Of a DNA stretch of 64,000 nucleotides, positions 48,263 to 56,652 are shown one piece after another. Within the stretch, counting starts at the first letter, position 1. The number at the start of each line of letters is the position of its first letter. The notes under the pieces were generated by a model. The model saw nothing but the letters and a program-made list of their open reading frames with translations. It was not told the origin of the DNA and did no database searches. Position numbers and translations under genes: made by a program. The stretch covers positions 124,001 through 188,000 of the IMG/VR virus record IMGVR_UViG_3300021511_000003; one strand, given 5' to 3'.

Positions 48263-48350
48263 TGGTAGCGGAGAGGGGATTCGAACCCCTGTTCTTATTA
48301 CAAGATCTGGCTTATGAGACCAGTGAGCTAGACCACTACTCGACTCCGCA
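48263..48350 (-). tRNA. tRNA-Met(CAU), initiator-like, long variable arm
   Basis: U1xU72 mismatch, A11-U24, CTGGT CTCATAA GCCAG, 16-nt variable region ATCTTGTAATAAGAAC. Confidence 0.85.
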
Positions 48351-48357
48351 TTAAGTT

Positions 48358-48963
48358 TTATTCTATATTTATAACGACAGCACGTCTGTTTGTTTCCAAT
48401 GTACTACCAAATATATCAGTTTCACCGAATGCTCGGTAGGTGATACGTTTCATATCAATACCTTTGTCAACCAATTCTTTTCTAACTGATTCAGAACGTT
48501 TATATGCAAGACCCATATTATATTTTTCAGATCCTTCTATGCTGGCATATGCCATAACCATTACTAAGGTATCTGGATACTCCTTCAACATATCAACGAT
48601 TTTATTAACCTTTACCATTTCAACATTGGTGATGATGGAACTATCATATGGAAAAAGGATTACTTCCTCTAATTCTGTAACCGTAATTGGTGCCGGTTTT
48701 AATTTCTTTAATGTCTCTACTTTCTTCAACCACTTGGAATCGGTAATCTCTTCAACTACTTCAGGAACTTCAACTTCTTTTGGACCATGATATAAAACAT
48801 TATTGTTGGTTTTCGCTATAATAACATTTCCTTCATCAGTAACAGTTGCTTGATCTGAAAGAGGTGCAGAAAGATCTGTATGTGAAAGAACACTTACACT
48901 ACTACAACCCATAAACATAAATGCTAAAGCAATTGTCAATGTGATATTAATAATACTTTTCAC
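48358..48963 (-). CDS. OmpA-family lipoprotein
   Basis: Lipobox FMGC; F.YDSS, AS.EGS..YN..LA.KR..SV, FGE, NRRA. Confidence 0.88.
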   Translation of the reverse strand: MKSIINITLTIALAFMFMGCSSVSVLSHTDLSAPLSDQATVTDEGNVIIAKTNNNVLYHGPKEVEVPEVVEEITDSKWLKKVETLKKLKPAPITVTELEEVILFPYDSSIITNVEMVKVNKIVDMLKEYPDTLVMVMAYASIEGSEKYNMGLAYKRSESVRKELVDKGIDMKRITYRAFGETDIFGSTLETNRRAVVINIE

Positions 48964-48994
48964 GTTATTTCTCCTTTTTAATTATTCGTTTGTT

Positions 48995-49082
48995 TGGTGG
49001 CCCAGGTGGGACTCGAACCCACACGGGAATATTTCCCACAAGATTTTAAGTCTTGAGCGTCTACCAGTTCCGCCACTGAGCC
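48995..49082 (-). tRNA. tRNA-Leu(UAA)
   Basis: CAAGA CTTAAAA TCTTG, variable arm, A73. Confidence 0.92.
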
Positions 49083-49086
49083 AAAA

Positions 49087-49311
49087 TTAGTTACTAAGTT
49101 TATTTTTTACGGTTTCATCAGTAATTGGAAATCTTCCTTGTATTCTACCACAATCAAGGCAGATTTCAAAGTTAACATAATCACCCTCTCCTATATTTAG
49201 ATCGGTTGGTACATGACCATCTCTTCCCATTTCATTATACATTACACAACACATATCATTACATTTTGCATCGACTTCCATTAAACGGGTACTACCACAT
49301 TTACATGACAT
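49087..49311 (-). CDS. Small Cys-rich protein
   Basis: AAGGA RBS before ATG 49311; CKCGS..AKC.D..GDY..F.ICLDCG.IQG.FP. Confidence 0.7.
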   Translation of the reverse strand: MSCKCGSTRLMEVDAKCNDMCCVMYNEMGRDGHVPTDLNIGEGDYVNFEICLDCGRIQGRFPITDETVKNKLSN

Positions 49312-49338
49312 TAATATATTCCTTTCAAAAATATGAAA

Positions 49339-49638
49339 TTGGATCCAAAAAGCAGCCAGAAGTGAATTGATGCTGATAAGAAGCTTCACTTAACCTGGAT
49401 TTATATTGGTGTTATTTTTAACACTCCCAAAACTTAATTCTTTATAACTTTAATCTTGACTGGCGCAATATTTATTCTCGTTGCGGTACGAGTTAAACTT
49501 AAGGCTTAATTCTTGAAACTTGATAATAAGTACCAATTTACATAGTAATATAGCTTTGTAGGCTATTATCAGTAAGATTCATATTTAACCCGATATGAGA
49601 GGGCTTATCTATTTCATTGTTTACACTAGTGAATCCAA
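49339..49638 (-). ncRNA. Candidate 300-nt structured RNA with 7-nt-periodic AAG tracts
   Basis: 9-bp terminal stem TTGGATTCA/TGGATCCAA, five or more internal stems, two runs of four AAG units. Confidence 0.65.
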
Positions 49639-49642
49639 AGTT

Positions 49643-50188
49643 TTAAGTTAATGACCGCGTTTTAGGTATGTCTTGAAGGTAGGTTGTTGCATTAATAACT
49701 TCAAGGCGTCCCTCAATAGTCTTTCCTGATGTTAAATCTTCCCATTTTCTTTGTCCTGACCGTTTAACATTTTCATTATATAATCTTATGATCGTTGGTG
49801 CTGCCGAATCTTTCTCTCTATAACGAACTTGATTTCGATTTGCTTCATTTGTTGATAAAGACCTGAAAGTCTGAATTAATCGCTGACCTGTCTTTCTCAA
49901 AACAGTTAACCAATTATGAATACTTCTTGTTTCATCATCAATTGTAACCATAGTAATTAGATTGGTGTAGTCGATCATTGCTTTGATATGACAATACTCT
50001 TTTTCTAAATCATTATTGGATTGAATCAGTTTTACAACCTCTTCACTTTGTGCCTGTTCAGTACCAAAAATTGGTTTTTCATTTGAAAGAAGTGAAGAAT
50101 ATTTTTCAATTTCATCACAGTTCTTTGCCATTCGTTTGTCAATGAGTTTTAATTTCTTAAGTCCTTCAATAATTGTCATATTATTCAT
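49643..50188 (-). CDS. Alpha-helical coiled-coil protein (DIP1984/DUF6847-like)
   Basis: MTIIEGLKKLKLIDKR, IDYTN..T.V, C-terminal LEVINATT; family call from recalled pattern. Confidence 0.6.
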   Translation of the reverse strand: MNNMTIIEGLKKLKLIDKRMAKNCDEIEKYSSLLSNEKPIFGTEQAQSEEVVKLIQSNNDLEKEYCHIKAMIDYTNLITMVTIDDETRSIHNWLTVLRKTGQRLIQTFRSLSTNEANRNQVRYREKDSAAPTIIRLYNENVKRSGQRKWEDLTSGKTIEGRLEVINATTYLQDIPKTRSLT

Positions 50189-50221
50189 TTTTACAATTTC
50201 CTTTTGAATAAAAGTTTAGTT

Positions 50222-50485
50222 TTAGATGTTATCAATAATAACAAATTTGATAACTGCTACTATAATATTAATTATTGACATTATTATACATAATGAATTA
50301 AATTTCATAAAATTAATATTACCATCTATATCACAATAACTCAAATAGTTTATTTTATTTTCACATAATACAGAACAACATGGTGAGACCAAACATTTTT
50401 TACATGGATCTTTAACAAAGAAAATATAAAAAATCCTATGACGAAAACTTTTTGGTTTATTAATGTTTATGCTGTTGTATATCAT
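50222..50485 (-). CDS. Small Cys-rich membrane protein
   Basis: DPCKKCLVSPCCSVLC, C-terminal TM. Confidence 0.6.
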   Translation of the reverse strand: MIYNSININKPKSFRHRIFYIFFVKDPCKKCLVSPCCSVLCENKINYLSYCDIDGNINFMKFNSLCIIMSIINIIVAVIKFVIIDNI

Positions 50486-50676
50486 TGAGTAATAGATTCC
50501 CCAAATTCAAATTTAGCAAAATCAACAAAATCTCTACATCGACATAATAAAGTTACTATATCAGATACGTTTATATTTTCTGCAATTATCGAATCCGGTG
50601 ATACACATTCTAATTTATCAGACATGTTTATTATTGATGATTCGAGTTCTTCTATTTTTTTTTCTTTCATAAACAT
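50482..50676 (-). CDS. Hypothetical protein
   Basis: AAGGA RBS, coupled to next gene. Confidence 0.55.
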   Translation of the reverse strand: MFMKEKKIEELESSIINMSDKLECVSPDSIIAENINVSDIVTLLCRCRDFVDFAKFEFGESITQ

Positions 50677-50694
50677 TCCTTTCAGAATCTAAAT

Positions 50695-50773
50695 TGGAAG
50701 CCCCTCCAGGATTCGAACCTGGGAAAATGACGGGTCCAAGGCCCGCCGTGTTAGGCCGCTTCACCAAGGGGCT
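50695..50773 (-). tRNA. tRNA-Gln(UUG), C33
   Basis: GCGGG CCTTGGA CCCGT. Confidence 0.85.
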
Positions 50774-50844
50774 ATAATATTACCTTTGTCTTTAGAATAT
50801 TTAAATACAGAATTATGTTCTAATTCACCTATATGGATTAAAGA

Positions 50845-50919
50845 TGGAACCCCCAGCAGGATTCGAACCAGCGACTATGAGATTAGAAATCTCATGCTCT
50901 TCCTCTGAGCTACGGGGGC
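50845..50919 (-). tRNA. tRNA-Arg(UCU)
   Basis: TGAGA TTTCTAA TCTCA. Confidence 0.9.
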
Positions 50920-51164
50920 ATTTTTTAAAACCAAACTACTGGAAATTCTATTATTCTATTATTTTCTAATTCATCATTTGCTTTTTGTATAATATTATGT
51001 AACTCTTATTTTCGAAATGTAATACCCATAATACATATACCAAGCAAATATATAAAATATGATTATATTCTTTTTCCCAACTATGCTCCAATAAATAAAA
51101 AAATAAAGGAATGAGTAGATCAAATCACGAAATATGAATTATTATATATATTTCGTTATAATTA

Positions 51165-51241
51165 TGGAGCCGCTGAGAGGATTCGAACCCCCGACCTTCT
51201 CATTACAAGTGAGACACTCTACCCAACTGAGTTACAGCGGC
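51165..51241 (-). tRNA. tRNA-Thr(UGU)
   Basis: TCTCA CTTGTAA TGAGA. Confidence 0.92.
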
Positions 51242-51468
51242 TTATATATATCTTAATAATTGTTTAATTTTTATTTCAAGATCACATTTATCAAATTTAT
51301 ATTTTTTCTCCTTCTCTCCAACCAATATCAGATGATTTACCACATACAGTTTCATATAATTGTAATGGATCAACTTTGTTGTTAATGATACCATGAACAA
51401 CACCGGTTAAATTATTTTCTGATTTTTATATGATTGATTTCATAATTGCGGTCCTTTATTTAAAAAAT

Positions 51469-51555
51469 TGGTACCTGCGGAGGGAATCGAACCCACAAGT
51501 CATTTAAACACTAGATCCTAAATCTAGCGCGTTTACCTAGTTTCGCCACGCAGGC
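51469..51555 (-). tRNA. tRNA-Leu(UAG)
   Basis: CTAGA TTTAGGA TCTAG, variable arm. Confidence 0.92.
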
Positions 51556-51563
51556 TTATATTT

Positions 51564-51910
51564 TTATTCTTTCGGGTTATCTTCTGATGGGTTTTCGTCA
51601 GGATCTGATTGAATCTCGTCAGTTTTCGGGAGGACTTCATCAACATCGTTTATACCATCATCATCAAGATCACAACTCAGAAGCTGTTCAATTTTTATCA
51701 TAGTTGATTCTGACTTGTGAATTTCCATATTACTATCTTTTATGTCTGATCTTTTATCTTTTATTTCACTTTCAAGCTGTTTGATTTCAGTTTCAATGGT
51801 TTCAATAGTGTTTCCCTGATCTACAATGTATATTGACAGTTCAGATTCTATCTGTGTTAATGGAGAACAATACTTGCATAACTCTTCGGTGCTGCTTTAA
51901 AAATTCCCAT
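51564..51910 (-). pseudogene. Coiled-coil/acidic-tail gene broken by a 1-nt deletion
   Basis: MGIFKAAPKSYASIV then other frame PLTQIESEL...EDNPKE-TAA; span 347 nt (3n-1). Confidence 0.65.
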
Positions 51911-51951
51911 TTTCGCAATTCCCTTTCGATGGTCAGATTAATTCTTAATGT

Positions 51952-52028
51952 TGGTCTGGATGAGAGGATTCGAACCTCCGACTCCCTGATCCCAGGTCAG
52001 GTGCGCTACCAGACTGCGCTACATCCAG
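51952..52028 (-). tRNA. tRNA-Pro(UGG), C33
   Basis: CCTGA CCTGGGA TCAGG; C1-G72, A73. Confidence 0.9.
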
Positions 52029-52042
52029 ATGATTTTGATATT

Positions 52043-53209
52043 TTAATTATGTTCTAAGTTAAATACGGTTTTTAAGTAAGAAACGAACTGCTTATTTTCA
52101 CACATACCTTTACCAGGGGAATTTGAAATTTTTGCTACAGGTTGACCATTACATTTGGTCATTTTGATTACCATATTGAGAGCAGGATTGGAAAAATTAT
52201 TTGTTAGTTTTGTTCCGATACCAAAAGAAACTCCAATATGCATGTTAAGTGCATTGTAAATTTCTTTTGCTTTTTCAAAATCTAATCCATTGCTAAAAAC
52301 AATGGTTTTTGTCAACGGTTCAATTCCTCTATTTTTATAGAATTTAACCATACGAAAACCAAACTGAATAGGGTCAGGTTCGGAATCCTCACGAACACCA
52401 TCAAATAGTTTATACAATAATGGATCGTCAAAATCATGTAAGAAAGCATCTGTATTAATAACATCGGACAATGCTATTCCTAGATCGCCACGATATACTT
52501 TTATCCAATTTTCAAAAGCCATTTTTTGACTGAGATCTAATCTATATTCAAGTTGTTGATGTGCTTGCAACCATTCATGAGCCATAGTACCGATTGGTTT
52601 TACATTGTACTTCATAGCCAATAATAAATTACTAGTGCCAATAAAATTATTGGTTGCATAGTTTTTACAATATTTTACAACTTTAGAATGCCATCTATAA
52701 CTTCTTCTTCTTCTGGTACCAAAGTCTGCAAACTTCAATCCTTCTGGTAAATAATAAAGATTTTCACTCAGTCTCATCTCGGCATCTTTGTAATTGGATA
52801 TACTAAGATTACAAAATATTTCACTAATAATAGACATTAAAGGAACTTCAAAAAGAATAGTTTGAAACCAAGGTCCTTTGATATCAATATTCAGTTCACC
52901 AGTATTTGTATTAATTGATGTTTTAACTAAATCTGTATTAAATTTATATTGTTTTAAAAACTCAATATATTCTTCACTAAAAAAACGGAGACTTCTTAAA
53001 TAATCAAGTTCATCTCTATGAAAATATAGACTGCGTAAGGCATCAATATTAAGTTCAATATCTTGTATTGACTTTTTAAAATTTACACCTTCATAATTTC
53101 TACATTTGAATTTATATTCAACTGGAGTTGCTGCATAACCTAATTTTAATACTGCCTGTTGCATAGTAAATTTATACTGGTCATTATCAAGTAAACTATT
53201 CTGAATCAT
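52043..53209 (-). CDS. pncB: Nicotinate phosphoribosyltransferase
   Basis: SLLDNDQYKFTMQQ, DFGTRRR, GTSN, GTMAHEW, GVREDS, FGIGT.LTN, AKIS..PGK; AAAGGAG RBS before ATG 53209. Confidence 0.92.
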   Translation of the reverse strand: MIQNSLLDNDQYKFTMQQAVLKLGYAATPVEYKFKCRNYEGVNFKKSIQDIELNIDALRSLYFHRDELDYLRSLRFFSEEYIEFLKQYKFNTDLVKTSINTNTGELNIDIKGPWFQTILFEVPLMSIISEIFCNLSISNYKDAEMRLSENLYYLPEGLKFADFGTRRRRSYRWHSKVVKYCKNYATNNFIGTSNLLLAMKYNVKPIGTMAHEWLQAHQQLEYRLDLSQKMAFENWIKVYRGDLGIALSDVINTDAFLHDFDDPLLYKLFDGVREDSEPDPIQFGFRMVKFYKNRGIEPLTKTIVFSNGLDFEKAKEIYNALNMHIGVSFGIGTKLTNNFSNPALNMVIKMTKCNGQPVAKISNSPGKGMCENKQFVSYLKTVFNLEHN

Positions 53210-53429
53210 TGTTTCTCCTTTGTTATAGTTAAATAAGAAAATATAGAGAATGGATTCTATTCCGGTTCGCCAATTAGCCACCGGGGAAAATCCAGCTGGA
53301 AGCCTCAATCGTTTTGGGAGGCAACGGGTAAATATGTAGCTATTTTGTTAGTGTCACATAACGTTAGTTCATCTTGATATTCTGGTGGAACACCCCATAT
53401 TAATTACTTAAAAAATATAATAACTCTGC

Positions 53430-53450
53430 TTCATTAATTAATATATATAG
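53430..53450 (-). promoter_or_regulatory. Phage promoter motif A at head of the translation island
   Basis: + strand TTCATTAATTAATATATATAG, identical to 16654 copy. Confidence 0.7.
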
Positions 53451-53581
53451 ATATAATTTTTAAAAATAAGAACATAAAAATGTAGGGTAGGTACAGACTA
53501 TTTAAGTTTGTTTCCTTCCATTTATCTTAAACAATCAATTGGTTAAAAAAAATGTTTTGAGTAACAAAATAATAAAAGGAG

Positions 53582-54061
53582 ATGTTATTTATGGATAATG
53601 TTGTAATTGCTGCACCTCATCCTGATGATGAAATAATTGGTTGTTATGAAGTATTAACAAATAGTATAAATCCAGTTATTATTTATTCAGATGAAACAGA
53701 TGCAGATAGACGTGAAAAAGTATTGAAGTTGAAAGAACATGTTGATTGTAAATTACAATTATTTCAAATGTCAATTCCACAAACATTTATGAATAAAATA
53801 AATGTTTTTTATTTTCCAGATCCAATTTATGAAACTCATCCTTTACATAGACAATGGGGTATTATGGGTGAGACTATGGCAAGGAATGGATTTAATGTTA
53901 TATTTTATTCAACAAATATGGCATGTCCATATATTCATGAAGTAAAGTTTCCAGACAAAAAGGAAGAATTGTTAAATAAAGTGTATCCAGATCAAAAAAC
54001 GTTGTGGCAGTATGAAAAGAAATATATTTTATTTGAAGGGTATAATAAGTGGTTGTTTTAA
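53582..54061 (+). CDS. PIG-L/LmbE family deacetylase-like protein
   Basis: APHPDDEIIGC and ETHPLH. Confidence 0.8.
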   Translation: MLFMDNVVIAAPHPDDEIIGCYEVLTNSINPVIIYSDETDADRREKVLKLKEHVDCKLQLFQMSIPQTFMNKINVFYFPDPIYETHPLHRQWGIMGETMARNGFNVIFYSTNMACPYIHEVKFPDKKEELLNKVYPDQKTLWQYEKKYILFEGYNKWLF

Positions 54062-54095
54062 TTATGATTTATTAAAAATAATGGAGATATTTAAA

Positions 54096-54371
54096 ATGAG
54101 CGCAGGCCCAATATTGATGAAGGAATTAAAGTTTAAAAAATATTATCATTTACGGTTAACAAAAAAAGATTGGTGTACATATTCAGGTAATTGCCCAACA
54201 GAAGAAAACCTTGTTGACGATTCTTATTGTTGGTTATGTAAGTATGCTAAAAAACTTGATTTACCGAAACTGTTATTAGAAAGGGGAATTTGTGAAAAGA
54301 ATAATTTTGATACCACAATATCCGACAGCGATGAGATACCAAGAGTGGTGGTTTTGGAAGCTAGAGGATGA
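54096..54371 (+). CDS. Small Cys-containing hypothetical protein
   Basis: GGAG RBS; C....C ... CWLC; 3' end overlaps next gene. Confidence 0.5.
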   Translation: MSAGPILMKELKFKKYYHLRLTKKDWCTYSGNCPTEENLVDDSYCWLCKYAKKLDLPKLLLERGICEKNNFDTTISDSDEIPRVVVLEARG

Positions 54372-55248
54372 ATTTATAAAGGCTGGTTATGAAGTATTTG
54401 TTGTAGGAAAAGATAAAGCAAATAAAATGACAAAAATTGCAAGCAAAGCAGAAATGTTTTCTCCTATAAATGCAGCAATTGAATTTGAATGCGTTCAGAT
54501 AGAAGAATATATGTCTCTTGAATTAAGAGATGATGATATTCTATTTTTATGTGATATAAGTTTTCCGGGCGTGTTTTGTAATACACTATTTCATAAAAGA
54601 CCAAAAAAGATGTTCGCATTTTGTCATGCAACAAGCCTAAATATATTTGATTATTTTTCTAAAGATAGTCCTATCAAATTTTCAATTGAAACTGCACATG
54701 CTAAATTATTTGATACTGTTTTTGTTGGAAGTAACTATCATAAAGAAAAACTTGGGTGGGATAATACATTTGTTACATATCTTCCATTTCATCCATTTGA
54801 TTCATTTAGTGGTATAAGAACTAATTTTATAGTTTCAGCCTCTCGTCCTACACCTCAAAAAGTTGATTCTGAATTAGAAAAAAGAGTTGAAAAAAGATTC
54901 TCGAAAATTATACGAAAAACAACAAATTCTTGGGAAGAATATTTTAGATTTTTAGGAAATTCGAAAGTTCTTCTTATTACCTCATACGAGGACACATTTG
55001 GTTATCAAATTGTAGATGCAATCATGAATGGCTGTATTCCGATTGCTCCTAATAGGTGTGCATATCCGGAGTTATTACAGAATGAATATCTATATAATTC
55101 AGATGAAGAATTATTTAATATTCTTGATGCTGCTTTGTGGGGATTACTTGATGTACCTAAGTTGAAATGTAAAAATGAAATGAATAATTTTTATAATACT
55201 ATTGTGGATGAAATGAAGAAGGAGACTTATATTGGAAAGTCCATATAA
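54292..55248 (+). CDS. GT4-like glycosyltransferase
   Basis: EDTFGYQIVDAIMNGCIPIAP....YPE. Confidence 0.75.
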   Translation: MKRIILIPQYPTAMRYQEWWFWKLEDEFIKAGYEVFVVGKDKANKMTKIASKAEMFSPINAAIEFECVQIEEYMSLELRDDDILFLCDISFPGVFCNTLFHKRPKKMFAFCHATSLNIFDYFSKDSPIKFSIETAHAKLFDTVFVGSNYHKEKLGWDNTFVTYLPFHPFDSFSGIRTNFIVSASRPTPQKVDSELEKRVEKRFSKIIRKTTNSWEEYFRFLGNSKVLLITSYEDTFGYQIVDAIMNGCIPIAPNRCAYPELLQNEYLYNSDEELFNILDAALWGLLDVPKLKCKNEMNNFYNTIVDEMKKETYIGKSI

Positions 55249-55759
55249 AATTTTTAATACTTGGCTCTTTGATGGGAGTAAAACGTCACCAATACCACCA
55301 GCAAGAGGAAAGGTTGATATATTAAAATATAATTCTCCAATAACACATACTTATATTCTTAGTTTATTTATGAGAAATAATAGTCTAAATAAATATTTAG
55401 ATGAATATTTTAATAATATTAACTTAAGATATATTCCAAAAGAAGAACTTTTTAAGTTTATAAAAAAATGTGTTCAAGATTTTAGAGTTAGACGTAATCA
55501 AACTGTATTTTATAAATTCCAACGGCAGAATAAGCTGTATGGTATTTTAAGAGATAGATTCCCTCAATTAAAAAATAATGATGTTAGCCTTTTGTGTGAA
55601 TTGATTGAAAAGTCAGAAGAAAAAGAAGCTATATATAATTCGCTTGGAATGGAGGTACCAAAGAAGAAAAAAATAAAGACGGGTGTAAAGAAGCCAAAAA
55701 AAGGAAAAATACCATTGAAGTCCTTTTTGGCGGAGCACTTTTCCACTATTGCTATGTGA
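55232..55759 (+). CDS. Hypothetical protein
   Basis: AAGGAG RBS, TTG start, 175 aa. Confidence 0.7.
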   Translation: MESPYKIFNTWLFDGSKTSPIPPARGKVDILKYNSPITHTYILSLFMRNNSLNKYLDEYFNNINLRYIPKEELFKFIKKCVQDFRVRRNQTVFYKFQRQNKLYGILRDRFPQLKNNDVSLLCELIEKSEEKEAIYNSLGMEVPKKKKIKTGVKKPKKGKIPLKSFLAEHFSTIAM

Positions 55760-56035
55760 AAAAGTGCTCTATCAAATCTACTTTATATCAAATGACTGTT
55801 GAATTTTTGCTGCAAGATCTGAGGATAAAACCGGATTACAAAGCTGTTTTTTTATTGTTGGTTTCTTCATTTTTTGTTTGACGACGATATTATTACTGAT
55901 GAAGCCAAGTTGGTCACAATGTTTGCATGGGGTAGTTGACTTTATCATATGACTGGTAACGAGCTTTTTCTTTTCCCCTTTACCACGGCATTTCTCACAT
56001 TTTATATAAATTGTCTTTTTGGCGGAGCACTTTTC
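55723..56035 (+). repeat. Exact 21-bp direct repeat pair
   Basis: CTTTTTGGCGGAGCACTTTTC at 55723-55743 and 56015-56035. Confidence 0.85.
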
Positions 56036-56473
56036 GCATGGTTTATTAATTATACCATCATGCTTCCAACTTTCAAGGTCTCTCCCGCTTCCGTTGCATG
56101 TTGGACATTTAATTTTGATATGGCCTTTTCCGCCACATATATGACATTTAACTACAACAGTCTTTCGCTCAAATTTGTAAATTTCTCCAGTACCATGACA
56201 GGCAATGCATGAATTTTTGTACGGGGACTCGATTTCAAAATATCGCCTGGCTTTCATTTGCTCAGAGATCAAATGCTGAATCAACTTATTTTTTGCATCA
56301 ATTTCTGGTCCGATTTCATCAAGCTCCCCATTTTCTTTTCTGACCCAATGGGTAATCTCAAACGATTTGAGAATACCTTCGGGAGTAAAGTTGTTTTTAC
56401 TAAGTTTAAGAATTTTCTTATAATCCTCAATTGATTTTTTTGGTTCGCTTGTTTCTGTCTGCATAGTTGTCAT
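55778..56473 (-). CDS. DnaJ-type CxxCxGxG zinc-finger protein without J domain
   Basis: CIACHGTG, CHICGGKG, CPTCNGSG, CEKCRGKG, CKHCDQLG. Confidence 0.8.
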   Translation of the reverse strand: MTTMQTETSEPKKSIEDYKKILKLSKNNFTPEGILKSFEITHWVRKENGELDEIGPEIDAKNKLIQHLISEQMKARRYFEIESPYKNSCIACHGTGEIYKFERKTVVVKCHICGGKGHIKIKCPTCNGSGRDLESWKHDGIINKPCEKCSAKKTIYIKCEKCRGKGEKKKLVTSHMIKSTTPCKHCDQLGFISNNIVVKQKMKKPTIKKQLCNPVLSSDLAAKIQQSFDIK

Positions 56474-56586
56474 AAGACTCTCCTTCTAATAATGTAATTG
56501 ATGATAAAAATTAAGTGATTTGATTTTTGGTTCAATAAAATGTAAAACTTTTTATCCCTCCTATATTTATTAAATAAAATTATTGA

Positions 56587-56607
56587 TTCAGAAATTAATA
56601 TATATAG
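56587..56607 (-). promoter_or_regulatory. Phage promoter motif A
   Basis: + strand TTCAGAAATTAATATATATAG. Confidence 0.65.
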
Positions 56608-56652
56608 ATATTAATCATTAAAATAAGAACATAATAAAAAGGAGGTAAGTAT

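Noticed and set aside
49420-49525. CRISPR array or coding repeat
   Set aside because: Units are 7 nt with only AAG fixed, there are no 25-40 bp repeats with spacers and no cas genes. The 5' extension of ORF 49087-49389 is unneeded given the RBS at 49311.
33196-52057. Plus-strand ORFs such as 33196, 38950, 41171, 43265, 43813, 45880, 48169, 51833
   Set aside because: They are antisense shadows of tRNA, tmRNA or minus-strand genes and lack RBS or motifs.
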